A stretch of DNA of 64,000 bases from an uncultured Nitrososphaerota archaeon (GTDB lineage Archaea > Thermoproteota > Nitrososphaeria > Nitrososphaerales > Nitrosopumilaceae). The notes under the pieces are model-generated. The model saw only the letters and a list, made by a program, of their open reading frames with translations, ran no database searches and was not told the DNA's origin. The position numbers were made by a program, and so were the translations under genes. Positions 11,252-22,569 of this stretch are shown here, one piece after another. The stretch spans positions 736,001 to 800,000 of the forward strand of contig OY969559.1 in NCBI GenBank assembly GCA_963701075.1. The letters run 5' to 3'. Every line of letters starts with the position of its first letter. Position 1 is the first letter of the stretch.

Positions 11252-11636
11252 TTGTTGACACTCTCGCGTTGAAAACCTTGAAGTTCATCTCTTTTGCCTT
11301 GACGATGATCTCAAGTCTCTTCTTTCGTCCTACACCATGGGCAAATCTAACACCGTCAGTTTTAGGATCAAGTTTTTCTAAATCTTTCAAGTTATGAACT
11401 AAATTATCAGTATAGCCGGATGGATGAAGTCCTCTTGCGATCCTAGGTCCACCATAACCTATCTTTACAAGGGATGGCCAGCCTTTCTTTTGTTTTCGTT
11501 GATGATTATCCATTCCCTTTGGCTTTCTCCATGAAACAGCAAGTCTTGCATATCTCCAACTTTCCTGTCTGACAAAGTTAGGCTTGTTCTGCGTTACTTT
11601 TTTCCTAAGTTCTAAAGCTTCTTTATTGATCGGCAT
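11235..11636 (-). CDS. rpl32e: 50S ribosomal protein L32e
   Basis: WRKPKGMDN, RGLHPSGY. Confidence 0.95.
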   Translation of the reverse strand: MPINKEALELRKKVTQNKPNFVRQESWRYARLAVSWRKPKGMDNHQRKQKKGWPSLVKIGYGGPRIARGLHPSGYTDNLVHNLKDLEKLDPKTDGVRFAHGVGRKKRLEIIVKAKEMNFKVFNARVSTSGSKS

Positions 11637-11736
11637 GTAAAGGTCTCTGCCTGAATTTTACAATAAATACGTTTCTTGATGGGACATACGTGATCCGAAG
11701 AGATAATAAGGAAATTCCAACGAACCGGTTTATCCA

Positions 11737-13341
11737 ATGATTGAGGATTTGGAGCCGGCCATTACTCGTCTACTAGTATCTCAGTTGGAACAAATTGGTA
11801 TCAAACCAAGAAAGATACACAGAAACTTACAAGTCAAGAATCTAGTGGATCTTATTGCGGAAAAAAATGAAGGACTTTTGACTGCAAATAGCGCAATATC
11901 TGTTAAAACTGGCAAATATACTGGACGATCTCCCGATGATAGATTTATTGTCGATGACGAACAAACTCACAATACTGTAGACTGGGGAAAGATAAACCAC
12001 CCGTTTCCAGAAGATAAATTTGACAAACTTTTAGAGAAGATGAAAAAACATCTAGAAGACAAGGAGATATTTGTTTTTGATGGATTTGTAGGGGCAGATC
12101 CAGAACACAGATTACCAATTAGAATCATAACCGATCACGCTTGGCAAAACTTGTTTGTAAGGCAGTTATTCATAAGACCATCGGCAGCAGAACTTGAATC
12201 TCATAAACCAGAATATGTCCTTCTCTCAATAAATGACTTCAAATCTATTCCTGAAGTTGATGGTACTAGGACAGACGTCTTCATCATACTCAACTATACA
12301 AAAAAAATCGTGCTCATTGGCGGTACTTCGTATGCAGGAGAGATAAAGAAAGCAATGTTCTCTGTTATGAATTACGCTCTTCCACAAAAAGGAGTCTTTC
12401 CAATGCACTGTTCTGCTAACATAGGAAAGAATGGCGACACTGCCTTATTCTTTGGACTTTCTGGTACTGGAAAGACAACACTGTCTGCCGATTCAAATAG
12501 GATGTTAATAGGAGATGACGAGCATGGTTGGTCTGACAGAGGCGTGTTCAATTTTGAAGGTGGTTGTTATGCCAAGTGCATTAATCTCAATAGGGAAGCT
12601 GAGCCACAAATTTGGGATGCAATAAGATCTGGAACTGTATTGGAAAATGTAGTAATCGACAAGAAAACAATGATGCCCAACTTCAATGATGGCAGCTTGA
12701 CAGAAAACACACGAGCCGCATATCCACTTGACTATATCCCAGGTGCAGTAATTCCAAGCTTAGGTGGGAATCCAAAAGTCATCATCTTTCTTACAGCTGA
12801 TGCATTTGGGGTGATGTCTCCAATTGCAAGATTGACAAAAGAAGGAGCAATGTATCATTTTATGTCAGGTTACACAAGTAAACTTGCTGGCACTGAGAGA
12901 GGAATCACAGAACCCAAAGCCACATTTTCAGAATGTTTTGGTGCACCATTCATGTCACGACATGCATCTGTTTACGCAAAGCTTCTAGGGGAGAAGATCA
13001 CTGAACACAAGACTGTCGTATATCTTGTCAACACAGGATGGTCAGGTGGCCCATATGGTATAGGAAAGAGAATGAACATCAGCCATACAAGAAGAATGGT
13101 TACTGCAGCGTTGACAGGCGAACTTGATGCTGTAAAGTACAGACATGATGATATATTCAACCTAGACATACCTGACGAATGTCCTGGTGTACCGTCAGAG
13201 GTATTGAATCCTCGTAATACTTGGTCCGAGAAGGATGCATATGATATCTCTGCAAAGAAACTAGCTCAAATGTTTGTAGAAAACTTTAGAAAATTTGGGA
13301 ATGTTTCAAAGGAAATAGTGGACGCAGGACCCAGAGTCTAA
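11737..13341 (+). CDS. pckA: Phosphoenolpyruvate carboxykinase (ATP)
   Basis: TGRSP, YAGEIKK, GLSGTGKTT, IGDDEHGW, NFEGGCYAK. Confidence 0.97.
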   Translation: MIEDLEPAITRLLVSQLEQIGIKPRKIHRNLQVKNLVDLIAEKNEGLLTANSAISVKTGKYTGRSPDDRFIVDDEQTHNTVDWGKINHPFPEDKFDKLLEKMKKHLEDKEIFVFDGFVGADPEHRLPIRIITDHAWQNLFVRQLFIRPSAAELESHKPEYVLLSINDFKSIPEVDGTRTDVFIILNYTKKIVLIGGTSYAGEIKKAMFSVMNYALPQKGVFPMHCSANIGKNGDTALFFGLSGTGKTTLSADSNRMLIGDDEHGWSDRGVFNFEGGCYAKCINLNREAEPQIWDAIRSGTVLENVVIDKKTMMPNFNDGSLTENTRAAYPLDYIPGAVIPSLGGNPKVIIFLTADAFGVMSPIARLTKEGAMYHFMSGYTSKLAGTERGITEPKATFSECFGAPFMSRHASVYAKLLGEKITEHKTVVYLVNTGWSGGPYGIGKRMNISHTRRMVTAALTGELDAVKYRHDDIFNLDIPDECPGVPSEVLNPRNTWSEKDAYDISAKKLAQMFVENFRKFGNVSKEIVDAGPRV

Positions 13342-13343
13342 TT

Positions 13344-15383
13344 TTATCTACGTCTAAAGACCAAACCTATTGTAATGATTATTATTATAATTCCTGAAAT
13401 TATTGCTACTTGCTTTGCAGGAATTCCTATGATATACTGCAGGTCGAAGATGTTCTTTTGTGCAACTTCATTGATAAGTATGGTTTGATATGCCTCATCT
13501 GTTTCATTTGAACTCTTAATCTGGGCCAAGATCCAATATTGACCTTTTTCATACACAGGAAGAGAACTTGTCTCTTGAGGCGTGACCGAAGTGCTGGTGA
13601 TTTCATCTGTACCTGCCTTTATCAAGGAAATTTTTGCATAAGACCATTGGTCAGGATAATCAATTGAAAAGTGTAGAGTTCCATTGCTTTGGTCTACTAG
13701 GAGTGTCCCCTTTGTCATATGAATCACAACAGGAATACGGTAACTTGTCTTGACATCTTTTAGAATGAGAAATCCATCGTAATCTCCTTCACTTTTAACG
13801 GTATCAGAAATTTTGACATTCAAAGTATCATTAGATTGAGAATAATCCGAGCCCAAACTAGTTTCATTGGATGAGAAATTTGCATCCAGATGAGGTATGA
13901 TGGAACCATCAAGGGTTCTCAGATGTAGCATTTTTGTCTGAGATTGATTGTCAAAAGATAGATTGAAAACTAGACTGTGCGGTGATATTATTAAATTCGA
14001 TTCTAGTGCTCTAGTGATGTTCAGTCTTCCACTTCCAACGGCCGAAACGGGAAAAAGCTTACCATATGCATCAGTAACTGGATCCGTTGTCGTAACAAGT
14101 AGTGATGCAACATCTGACGGAGATAACCCGGGATACTTCTGTAAGATAATTGCAGCAGCCCCAGCAACATGAGGGGCGGCAAAGCTTGTACCGCTTGTTA
14201 GATTGTACTTTCCTCCAAGAGTTGTAGAATTCACAAAGACGCCGGGTGCAACAAGATCTGGCTTTATGTAAAAAGGCGATACTGGCCCTTGTGAGCTAAA
14301 AGGAGCAATGAAATCTGGATGATAAAACATATCCAAACTTCCTGTTGTATTCGAAGTCAGCATGGACTTGAGTGCAACTCCATCTTCCTGTGACAGTGAG
14401 ATTACGGGTATTCTTGGTGTATACCCCGCAGTTTTATTTGGTCCTACAAGTTCGCCAAAAAATATTCCAGTCTCATTGTTAAATATAACCAATGCTTTCG
14501 CACCCAAGTCTGCGGCGTTTTTCTCCTTTTCAGAAAAATAGACTTTTTGTCCTTTCACATCGCTTCCTCTTTCTTCAAGAAGTATGGTTCCTTTGATATC
14601 TAAATTTTGAAGATCTTGGAGTCTTCCATATCCACCATAAACTATCTTGCCTACTATGGGGCTTGACATATCCTGGACTCCTACCATTGGAAGAACTTGA
14701 TATTGTTTTTTGCCTACCTCAAAAGTTGCCACTAGACTAGATGTCAAGTTGTTGTATGATGCACCAACTGTAATTGCGTTGATATCTTTACCAGGACTAC
14801 CAATGGTATCTTCTTGTGGACCGTTATTTCCTGCAGCCACAACTATGACAATTCCTTTCTTTACGGCCTCATCAATTGCGTCATCGATTTGGTCATTTGT
14901 TCTATTGATTCCCAAACTGATGTTTACGACATTGACCCCATCTTGTATCGCCTGTTGAATAGCTTCGACTATGTAGTCTGATGACACTGCTTCGCCAGTT
15001 GACGAGACTTTGTATGAAAATAATTTTGACTTGGGCACGATTCCGGTAAAATTACCATCGGCTGCAATAATGCCTGCTACCTCTGTTCCATGACCGTTAG
15101 TATCTATGGGGCTCTGGCTTGGGTCGACATAATCGTACCCTCCAATCACCTTTCCAGATGAGCCATAACCTAAAAGATCAGGATGATTGTAGTCTATTCC
15201 TGTATCTATAATTCCAATCTTGATTCCTTGGCCCTCAAGACCGTCTAACCTAGCTGCTTTGACACCGACAAGCTCTATGCTTTTTTGTAAATTGTTTGAA
15301 ATTTCCTGTTCGTTTGATTCTGATAAAAACAGAAACATACAGAAAATTAAAAGGACTGAAAAAATCAGTAATCGGTTAATCAC
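13344..15383 (-). CDS. Membrane-anchored S8 subtilisin-like protease with PA domain (Vpr-like)
   Basis: Triad motifs IIDTG, HGTEVAG, SGTSFAAPHVAG; N-terminal signal; C-terminal TM plus RRR. Confidence 0.92.
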   Translation of the reverse strand: MINRLLIFSVLLIFCMFLFLSESNEQEISNNLQKSIELVGVKAARLDGLEGQGIKIGIIDTGIDYNHPDLLGYGSSGKVIGGYDYVDPSQSPIDTNGHGTEVAGIIAADGNFTGIVPKSKLFSYKVSSTGEAVSSDYIVEAIQQAIQDGVNVVNISLGINRTNDQIDDAIDEAVKKGIVIVVAAGNNGPQEDTIGSPGKDINAITVGASYNNLTSSLVATFEVGKKQYQVLPMVGVQDMSSPIVGKIVYGGYGRLQDLQNLDIKGTILLEERGSDVKGQKVYFSEKEKNAADLGAKALVIFNNETGIFFGELVGPNKTAGYTPRIPVISLSQEDGVALKSMLTSNTTGSLDMFYHPDFIAPFSSQGPVSPFYIKPDLVAPGVFVNSTTLGGKYNLTSGTSFAAPHVAGAAAIILQKYPGLSPSDVASLLVTTTDPVTDAYGKLFPVSAVGSGRLNITRALESNLIISPHSLVFNLSFDNQSQTKMLHLRTLDGSIIPHLDANFSSNETSLGSDYSQSNDTLNVKISDTVKSEGDYDGFLILKDVKTSYRIPVVIHMTKGTLLVDQSNGTLHFSIDYPDQWSYAKISLIKAGTDEITSTSVTPQETSSLPVYEKGQYWILAQIKSSNETDEAYQTILINEVAQKNIFDLQYIIGIPAKQVAIISGIIIIIITIGLVFRRR

Positions 15384-15459
15384 AAATTATCTGAAATTTG
15401 ACTAGATAAAATGCATTTGCAACCAAAGCCATAAATGGCAAGAACTAGGTGGGGTTATC

Positions 15460-16083
15460 ATGGCAAAATACGAACTTCCAAAGTTACCATACGCGTACGA
15501 TGCATTAGAGCCACACATTGATGCCAAGACAATGGAAATTCATCATTCAAAACATCATCAAGCATATACTGACGGCTTGAACAAAGCTTTGGAGACTCTA
15601 AGTTCTGAACTACAAAACATGGAGTTATCCAATTTACTTGCAAGCTTGGACAAAGTTCCAGAAAGCACAAGGAGCGCCGTGAATTTTCATGGAGGAGGAT
15701 ATGAGAATCACTCATTGTTCTGGAACCATATGAAATCAAACGGTGGCGGAAAACCAGGTGGAAGCTTGGGTGACGCAATTAACGCAGCATTTGGCAGCTT
15801 TGATAACTTCAAAGAGAAATTCACAAAAGACACAATCGCCATTCAAGGAAGCGGTTGGGGCTGGTTAGCATACAACACACAAAATAAAAAAGTTGAATTC
15901 ACTACAATGCCAAATCAGACTAGTCCTAGAACCAAGGGTTTGATTCCATTATTGGGATTGGATGTTTGGGAACATGCGTACTACCTAAAATACCAAAATC
16001 GCAGGGCCGATTACGTTGGTGCATGGTGGAACGTCGTAAACTGGGATGAAGTAGACAAGAGACTATCAAAGGCAAAAGCATAA
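15460..16083 (+). CDS. sod: Superoxide dismutase (Mn/Fe family, Mn-type signature)
   Basis: LPYAYDALEP, HHSKHH, GGG.ENH, NQ, DVWEHAYY. Confidence 0.96.
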   Translation: MAKYELPKLPYAYDALEPHIDAKTMEIHHSKHHQAYTDGLNKALETLSSELQNMELSNLLASLDKVPESTRSAVNFHGGGYENHSLFWNHMKSNGGGKPGGSLGDAINAAFGSFDNFKEKFTKDTIAIQGSGWGWLAYNTQNKKVEFTTMPNQTSPRTKGLIPLLGLDVWEHAYYLKYQNRRADYVGAWWNVVNWDEVDKRLSKAKA

Positions 16084-16209
16084 CTCCTTCTTCTTTTTGT
16101 TTCTATTGCATTATTTTTCAATCTCTGTCAAGTTGTTAAGGACATATCAAGAATTTTTCTGTCAAAGTTTCAGAATGCATTTATAGGTGGATAAGAGAAT
16201 TTTTTGTAA

Positions 16210-16632
16210 ATGAGTGAAGAGCAAGCTCAGACTCTGTTGCAACAATTACAAGCGCTTGAAGGATACTTGGCAGATTTGATGCAGAAAGAAGAATCTGTAA
16301 TGAGACTTTTACAAGAAGCAGTAAGCGCTATAGAATCAATGAAAACAATAGGTGCTGATACATCTCATGAAGCCCTTGTGCCTGTAGGTATGGGGGCTTT
16401 TGTAAAAGCGACAATAGAACCGAACCAAAAAATAATTGTCAATATAGGAGCAGGAGCTTCAATTGAACAAGACAAGGATTCAGCAATTAACTATATGGAA
16501 TCTAGGATTAAAGAATTGGAAATTGTACTTCAACAATTGGCAGCTCAGAGACAAGAAGTATCCTTTAGACTTGAACAAGGTCAACAGGAAATGAACAAAC
16601 TTATACAATCAAGTCGCGGTTCTACGCAGTAA
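16210..16632 (+). CDS. pfdA: Prefoldin alpha subunit
   Basis: Coiled coils flanking LVPVGMGAFV / IVNIGAG hairpins; precedes ftsY. Confidence 0.92.
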   Translation: MSEEQAQTLLQQLQALEGYLADLMQKEESVMRLLQEAVSAIESMKTIGADTSHEALVPVGMGAFVKATIEPNQKIIVNIGAGASIEQDKDSAINYMESRIKELEIVLQQLAAQRQEVSFRLEQGQQEMNKLIQSSRGSTQ

Positions 16633-16643
16633 GGAAATCTATC

Positions 16644-18169
16644 ATGTTTGATAAACTACGAAACGCGTTTTCTTCAGCAGTCAAAAGCTTTGGAGAAAAA
16701 GAACTAAAGGAAAAAGATGTCGATGAGGTTCTGTTTGAACTTGAGATAGACTTTGTTAGAATCTGATGTGGCAACAGAAGTAATAGATTTACTAAAATCT
16801 GATTTGAAAAAACGAGCTAATTGGCACTACAGTACAAAAAGATACAATAGCAGAATTTGTGAAACAAAATCTGAGGCAAAGTATTTCAAACATGTTTGAC
16901 GCAGCGGGAAAAATTGACATCTTATCTAATATACAAATGAAGAAGGAAAAGGGAGAACCATACATTATTTCATTCATGGGAATCAATGGAACGGGAAAAA
17001 CTACTACTATAGCGAAATTTGCTAATCTTTTACGCGAAAATAAATTGTCATCTGTAATTGCAGCAGCAGATACATACAGAGCAGGAGCAATTGAACAGAT
17101 AAGCGAACATGGTAAGCGATTAAACATAAAGGTCATCGCACAGAATTATGGCTCTGATCCTGCCGCAGTTTCGCGTGACGCTGTACTATATGCCAAATCT
17201 CACAAGGTAGATTGCGTATTAATCGATACTGCAGGAAGGATGCAGACAAGCAAGAACCTTATGGATCAAATATCAAAAATCAACAAAGTAGTAAACCCAG
17301 ATCTGAAATTATTCGTTGGTGATTCATTGGCAGGAAATGATACAGTCAGCCAAGCAAGAGAATTTCATAATTATACCAAATTTGACGGAGCGATTCTTAC
17401 CAAAAGCGATGCAGATGCACGTGGAGGTGCAGCTATATCTATAGTAAAAATAACATCAAGCCCAATTCTCTACTTGGGAGTCGGTCAAGAATACAAAGAC
17501 TTGAAACCATTTAACAAGGATTCATTTTTAGAATCCTTGTTTGGACCTCAAGAATCGTTGCCTATGATGCAAACCCTGCAGAAAGAGAAACCTCAACAAC
17601 AAACAGAACAAAAAGAAATTATTGTTGAAGAAAAGGTAAATGTGGTAAACAAACAACAAGAACCCAAAGTTGAGATTAAAGCGATAAAACCAGAAATTGT
17701 ACAAACAAAATCAGCGCCATCTGTGGAAAAAATTCAAATCAGCGCTGAAAAAGAAATTACACCTGAACAAGAATCATCCAAAAAATCGTTCAAATTCTTT
17801 GGAGACCAAAAACCTGAACCAAAAGTGGAATCAAAACCTGAACCAGAGATCAAACAAGAAATAAAGAAAGAGGTAGAGATGAAACCAACAGAAGAAATTT
17901 CAAATGAAGACGAAGATCCTTTTACGGGGGTAACAACAAAGGATATTGAAAAATATTCTGCATTATTTGATGTTCCTCCACCTGAAAGTGATGACGAGGC
18001 AAGAAAACTTGCCTCTAAAATACGAAAATGGATTTCTGACGGTAGACCAAAACCCACAAAAGATAAAGATGTTATTGAAGAGAAAACCAGTGAAAAAGAA
18101 GATGCTGAGATATCTAAAGATGAAAAGTCAAAGAAGAAACGTTCCATGTTTGGATGGATGAAGAAATGA
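16644..18169 (+). CDS. ftsY: SRP receptor FtsY, two apparent frameshifts near 16750 and 16813
   Basis: Hand-read start MFDKLRNAFSSAVKS at 16644; GINGTGKTT, DTYRAGA, DTAGR, TKSD, GVGQ. Confidence 0.93.
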
Positions 18170-19080
18170 AATTAAAAACAAAAGACCTGTTAACATTAAA
18201 TGAACTTGGCAAAGCCGAACTTGTTGAAATCATTGATAATGCAATAAAGATGAAGAAGGATTTGAAAAAGGGAATTTCTAAACCTCTTCTCCAAAATAAA
18301 ACACTTGCAATGATCTTTCAAAAACCGTCTACAAGGACACGAGTAAGCTTTGAAACTGGAATGTTTCAACTAGGAGGACACGCATTAAATCTCTCTGCAG
18401 ATGATTTACAACTAAAAAGGGGAGAAACCATAGAAGATACAGCAAAAACGCTTTCGAGATATGTAGATCTGATAATGGCAAGAGTTTATTCTCATGATGA
18501 ATTAGAACTACTTGCAAAGAATTCTTCCATTCCTGTAATGAATGGCCTTTCTGATTCTTTTCATCCATGTCAAACACTTGCAGATCTTATGACAATCAAA
18601 GAAAAGAAGAAAAAATTGGCTGGCCTTAAGCTGGCATGGATAGGTGACGGCAATAACGTATGTAATTCAATGATATATGGTTGTGCAAAGACTGGTATTG
18701 AAATTAGTATAGCAACTCCAAAAGGATATGAACCTAATCTGAATGTCGTAAAAGAATCTAGCAAACTAATTGATGTGAAATTATCAAACCATCCAGAGAC
18801 TGCTGTGCGGGGTGCAGATGTTGTAGTGACAGACACCTTTGTCTCGATACATCATCAAACTACCGATAGGACGAATGATTTTCTTCCACGTTTCCAAGTA
18901 AATTCAGCTTTGATGAAAAAAGCCAGCCCGTCTGCAATTTTCATGCATTGTTTGCCTGCTAAACGAGGTCAGGAAGTTACAAGTGAAGTGATCGATGGAC
19001 ACCAGTCAGTAATATGGGATGAAGCTGAAAATAGACTTCATGCTCAAAAGGCGCTTATGGTAGCCCTGTTGCGAGTCTAA
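18166..19080 (+). CDS. argF: Ornithine carbamoyltransferase
   Basis: STRTR, HPCQ, GDGNNV, HCLP. Confidence 0.95.
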   Translation: MKLKTKDLLTLNELGKAELVEIIDNAIKMKKDLKKGISKPLLQNKTLAMIFQKPSTRTRVSFETGMFQLGGHALNLSADDLQLKRGETIEDTAKTLSRYVDLIMARVYSHDELELLAKNSSIPVMNGLSDSFHPCQTLADLMTIKEKKKKLAGLKLAWIGDGNNVCNSMIYGCAKTGIEISIATPKGYEPNLNVVKESSKLIDVKLSNHPETAVRGADVVVTDTFVSIHHQTTDRTNDFLPRFQVNSALMKKASPSAIFMHCLPAKRGQEVTSEVIDGHQSVIWDEAENRLHAQKALMVALLRV

Positions 19081-19126
19081 CGTTTATAAGAGCTTCACCA
19101 AAATTTTTTGTAAATAGGTAGTATAG

Positions 19127-19615
19127 ATGAGATATTCACAAATATTACGTAGGTCTCGTGAAGAGAAAACCAACTATGGAAGAAGAAGAAATCTTCTCAT
19201 GGGTAGGAGAGACTTTATCACAGTTCAGATATCAAATCAGAATACACTTGTACAGATTCACAAGCCGGAACTATTAGGAGATAAAGTTCTGTCATCAGCT
19301 CATTCTAGATCCCTTTTGAAAAAAGGCTGGAAGGGTTCAAGAAAAAGTATACCGGCCGCATATTTGACAGGTTATCTTGCAGGTAAAAAAGCACTGGCTC
19401 ACGGTGTCAACAGTGCAGTTCTTTATGTCGGTACTAGACGATACACTCAGAGAATATCAGCAGCATTGAAAGGAATAATAGATGCTGGACTTGAGGTACC
19501 TGCAGATGAGGAAACTTTTCCTTCTGCAGATAGGATTACTGGAAAATATCTCAAAGTTGCAAATGAGATTGATAAGGTAAAATCCGCAATAGATAATGAG
19601 GTAAAGACCAAATGA
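19127..19615 (+). CDS. rpl18: 50S ribosomal protein L18
   Basis: KTNYGRR, AAYLTG; head of L18-S5-L30-L15-SecY block. Confidence 0.94.
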   Translation: MRYSQILRRSREEKTNYGRRRNLLMGRRDFITVQISNQNTLVQIHKPELLGDKVLSSAHSRSLLKKGWKGSRKSIPAAYLTGYLAGKKALAHGVNSAVLYVGTRRYTQRISAALKGIIDAGLEVPADEETFPSADRITGKYLKVANEIDKVKSAIDNEVKTK

Positions 19616-20241
19616 GCAGATCAGAGACAAGACAAAGATCTAGAGAACCCGAAGTGGAATGGGTACCAAGAACTACATTGGGAAAGCTAGTTGCTACTAA
19701 CAAGATTACTTCCATGAAAGAAATCTATGAAAATGGTTATAGAATTCAAGAATCAGGAATTATCAAGAAATTATTGCCCGGTATCAAAACGGAGGTCATA
19801 GACGTAGGCATAGTCCAAAAACAGACCACTAACGGAGAATATACAAGATTCAAGGCACTCGTAGCAGCAGGTGATGAAAACGGATGGCTTGGTATAGGAC
19901 AAGGAAAATCAAAACAAATGAGAATTGCTATTGAGAAAGCCACCAGTCAAGCTTTTCTTAACGTTAGTCCGGTGAAACTGGGCTGTGGAAGTTGGGAGTG
20001 CAGATGTGATCAGAAACATTCTGTACCTTTCAAAGTCAGAGGTAGAGGCGGAAGTGTGACGGTTGAAATTATTCCAGGACCTAGAGGACTTGGGTTAGTA
20101 GCAGGTGGCAATATTAAAAATCTGTTAAAACTTGCAGGTCTGAAAGATGCGTGGACAAAAAGCAAAGGATCCACAAATACAATGACCTCTACATCACGGG
20201 CAGTTTTGAATTGCTTGAGACAAACATTTAGTCAAGGTTGA
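19612..20241 (+). CDS. rps5: 30S ribosomal protein S5
   Basis: WVPRTTLG, GCGSWE, PRGLGL. Confidence 0.95.
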   Translation: MSRSETRQRSREPEVEWVPRTTLGKLVATNKITSMKEIYENGYRIQESGIIKKLLPGIKTEVIDVGIVQKQTTNGEYTRFKALVAAGDENGWLGIGQGKSKQMRIAIEKATSQAFLNVSPVKLGCGSWECRCDQKHSVPFKVRGRGGSVTVEIIPGPRGLGLVAGGNIKNLLKLAGLKDAWTKSKGSTNTMTSTSRAVLNCLRQTFSQG

Positions 20242-20247
20242 GTATAG

Positions 20248-20715
20248 ATGGGAAAAGCTTTCTTAGTAATCAGAATGAAAGGAACAATTAATGTTCCACA
20301 CTGGGCAAACACTACTCTAGATCTACTTCACTTAGACAAGAGATTTAGAGCCACAATAGTTCCAGAACGAGATAATACAAAGGGAATGTTGGACAAGATT
20401 AAGCACTATGTATCTTGGCAAGTAATCGATATTACCACCGCAAAGGAACTTTTAGAAAAAAGAGCCAGAAAAGAAGGCTACAGAAAACTTACCTCTGAAG
20501 ATATAGAAAAACTTGGATTCAAAAACACCGACGAGCTGGCAAAATCGTTGGTAGACGGTGCTGTTGCATTATCAAAATTAAAACCGCTTAAACCATGGTT
20601 TGCTCTGTCTCCTCCAAGACATGGATTCAAGAGAAGCACCAAGAAGATGTATGGCGAAGGAGGAATATTGGGAAATCATAAGGAACTTCTTACACAAGTA
20701 AAGATGATGATTTAA
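20248..20715 (+). CDS. rpl30: 50S ribosomal protein L30
   Basis: VIRMKG, LSPPRHG; operon position. Confidence 0.93.
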   Translation: MGKAFLVIRMKGTINVPHWANTTLDLLHLDKRFRATIVPERDNTKGMLDKIKHYVSWQVIDITTAKELLEKRARKEGYRKLTSEDIEKLGFKNTDELAKSLVDGAVALSKLKPLKPWFALSPPRHGFKRSTKKMYGEGGILGNHKELLTQVKMMI

Positions 20716-20716
20716 G

Positions 20717-21139
20717 ATGGCAACAAGACTACGAAAGACAAGAAAATTCCGAGGAGGACGAAATCATGGATGGGGACAAATAGGACAACACAGAGCCAGC
20801 GGTCACAAGGGAGGCCTTGGACAATCTGGTATGCACAAACATCACTTTATCAGGATGCTTTTAACAGATCCAAAACATTTTGGTCATGATTCTACTCACC
20901 CGCCACATCCAAACCTAGTAAGGAAATGGGCAAGTGTAAGAGATCTAGATGATATCTACGCAAAACATGGAAAACAAGAAGGCGGAAAGAAGGTAATAGA
21001 TCTCTTAGAACTTGGCTATGACAAGTTGTTAGGAGGAGGACAAACAAAGAACGCTTACGTCATAAAAGTAGGACGATTCTCTGCTACTGCAGAAGAAAAA
21101 ATCAAAAAGTCTGGTGGTGAGGTGCTTGCTGCAGCATGA
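20717..21139 (+). CDS. rpl15: 50S ribosomal protein L15
   Basis: RGGRNHGWG, YDKLLGGG. Confidence 0.94.
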   Translation: MATRLRKTRKFRGGRNHGWGQIGQHRASGHKGGLGQSGMHKHHFIRMLLTDPKHFGHDSTHPPHPNLVRKWASVRDLDDIYAKHGKQEGGKKVIDLLELGYDKLLGGGQTKNAYVIKVGRFSATAEEKIKKSGGEVLAAA

Positions 21140-22569
21140 GCGAAGAAGAGGCACCAAAAGGTTTTCTTAGAACAATAATTTCAAAAGCCGAGACCTACAT
21201 TCCGCAGGTACCAAAACCCAAGAAAAAAATTCCTTTACATGTCCGTTTGATATGGTGTGGAATAGCTCTATTCATTTACATGATTATGGGGCAGACTCCA
21301 CTGTACGGAGCATCAACCCCTGCATTTGACTTTCTTGCCTTTGCAAGAGTAATTTTTGCATCCCAACAAGGAACCTTAGTAGAACTGGGAATTGGGCCTA
21401 TAGTAACAGCGGGACTTTTGATGCAGCTCTTAAAGGGTTCTGAAATATTTCATTTGGATTTCAAAAAGCCAGAGGATAGAGAGCTCTATCAAACAGCAAC
21501 AAAAATTGTAACGTATATTGTAATCATTGCAGAGTCTTCACTATATGGAATGGCTGTATATGGGCCAAGGCTTCCTAATCATGAGGTTGCCTTTATTTTA
21601 ATTGGACAACTCATCGGCGCATCAGTAATAATCATGCTATTGGATGAATTGGTTCAGAAAGGTTGGGGAATAGGAAGCGGAATTAGCTTATTCATTGCAG
21701 CAGGTGTCACTCAACAGATAATTTGGTCACTCATAAGTCCAATCCCTGCAGGTGACGGAGGGCCAGTAGGAGTCTTTGCAAATATCATTTATGCGGTTAT
21801 ACATAGCAACTTTAGTAACCTGCTATTCAGAGTAAACCAGCTGCCTAGCATTTTTAGTCTCTTCATTACGGCTGGAGTGTTACTAATTCTTGTATATACA
21901 CAAGGAATCAAGGTGGAAATTCCTATTGTATCGACCAAATACAGAGGATTTTCCGCTGTATATCCAATCAAGTTGATGTATGTTTCAAACATTCCTGTCA
22001 TCTTGGCATCTGCGCTCACTGCTAATGCTGTATTTATTGGCCAAATACTTTGGGCTAACTTTAATCCGAGAAATGCAAATCCGGTTCTGAATTTCTTAGG
22101 GATGTTCGATCCCACCTCTCCATCTACTCCAACAGGAGGTATACTTTACTATGTAACAGCTCCTCTTGGTCTTGATACTGTTGCACTGGATCCTACGCGA
22201 GTCTGTTCTGTACATCTTATTCATGGTGGGCATAGTTGTTCTCTTTGGAAGACTTTGGATTGAACTTGGAGGACTGTCTGCTAAGAGTGCTGCAAAGAAC
22301 TTGTTAGATGCAGATGTGCAAATACCGGGTTTTAGACGTTCTAATCAACCCGTAGAGGACTTGCTACAGAAATACATCCCATCTGTTACAATAATAGGTT
22401 CTATTATTCTTGGACTATTACTGGTATCTCAAATGTATTAGGAACCTTTGGCTCAGGGACAGGAATGCTACTTACAGTTGACATCTTGATTAACTATTAC
22501 AATCTACTGGTAAGAGAAAGAGTAGAAGAAGTAATGCCTGCCTTGGGTGCGTTGCTTGGTAGAAAGTAA
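21136..22569 (+). CDS. secY: Protein translocase subunit SecY, apparent frameshifts near 22202 and 22421
   Basis: ELGIGPIVTA, GWGIGSGISLFI, YPIKLMYVSNIP, QIPGFR, GSGTG; restored end MPALGALLGRK-TAA at 22569. Confidence 0.94.

Noticed and set aside
17810-17850. AAAACCTGAACC direct repeat in ftsY
   Set aside because: Encodes KPEP twice in a low-complexity linker; not a CRISPR or DNA-level repeat
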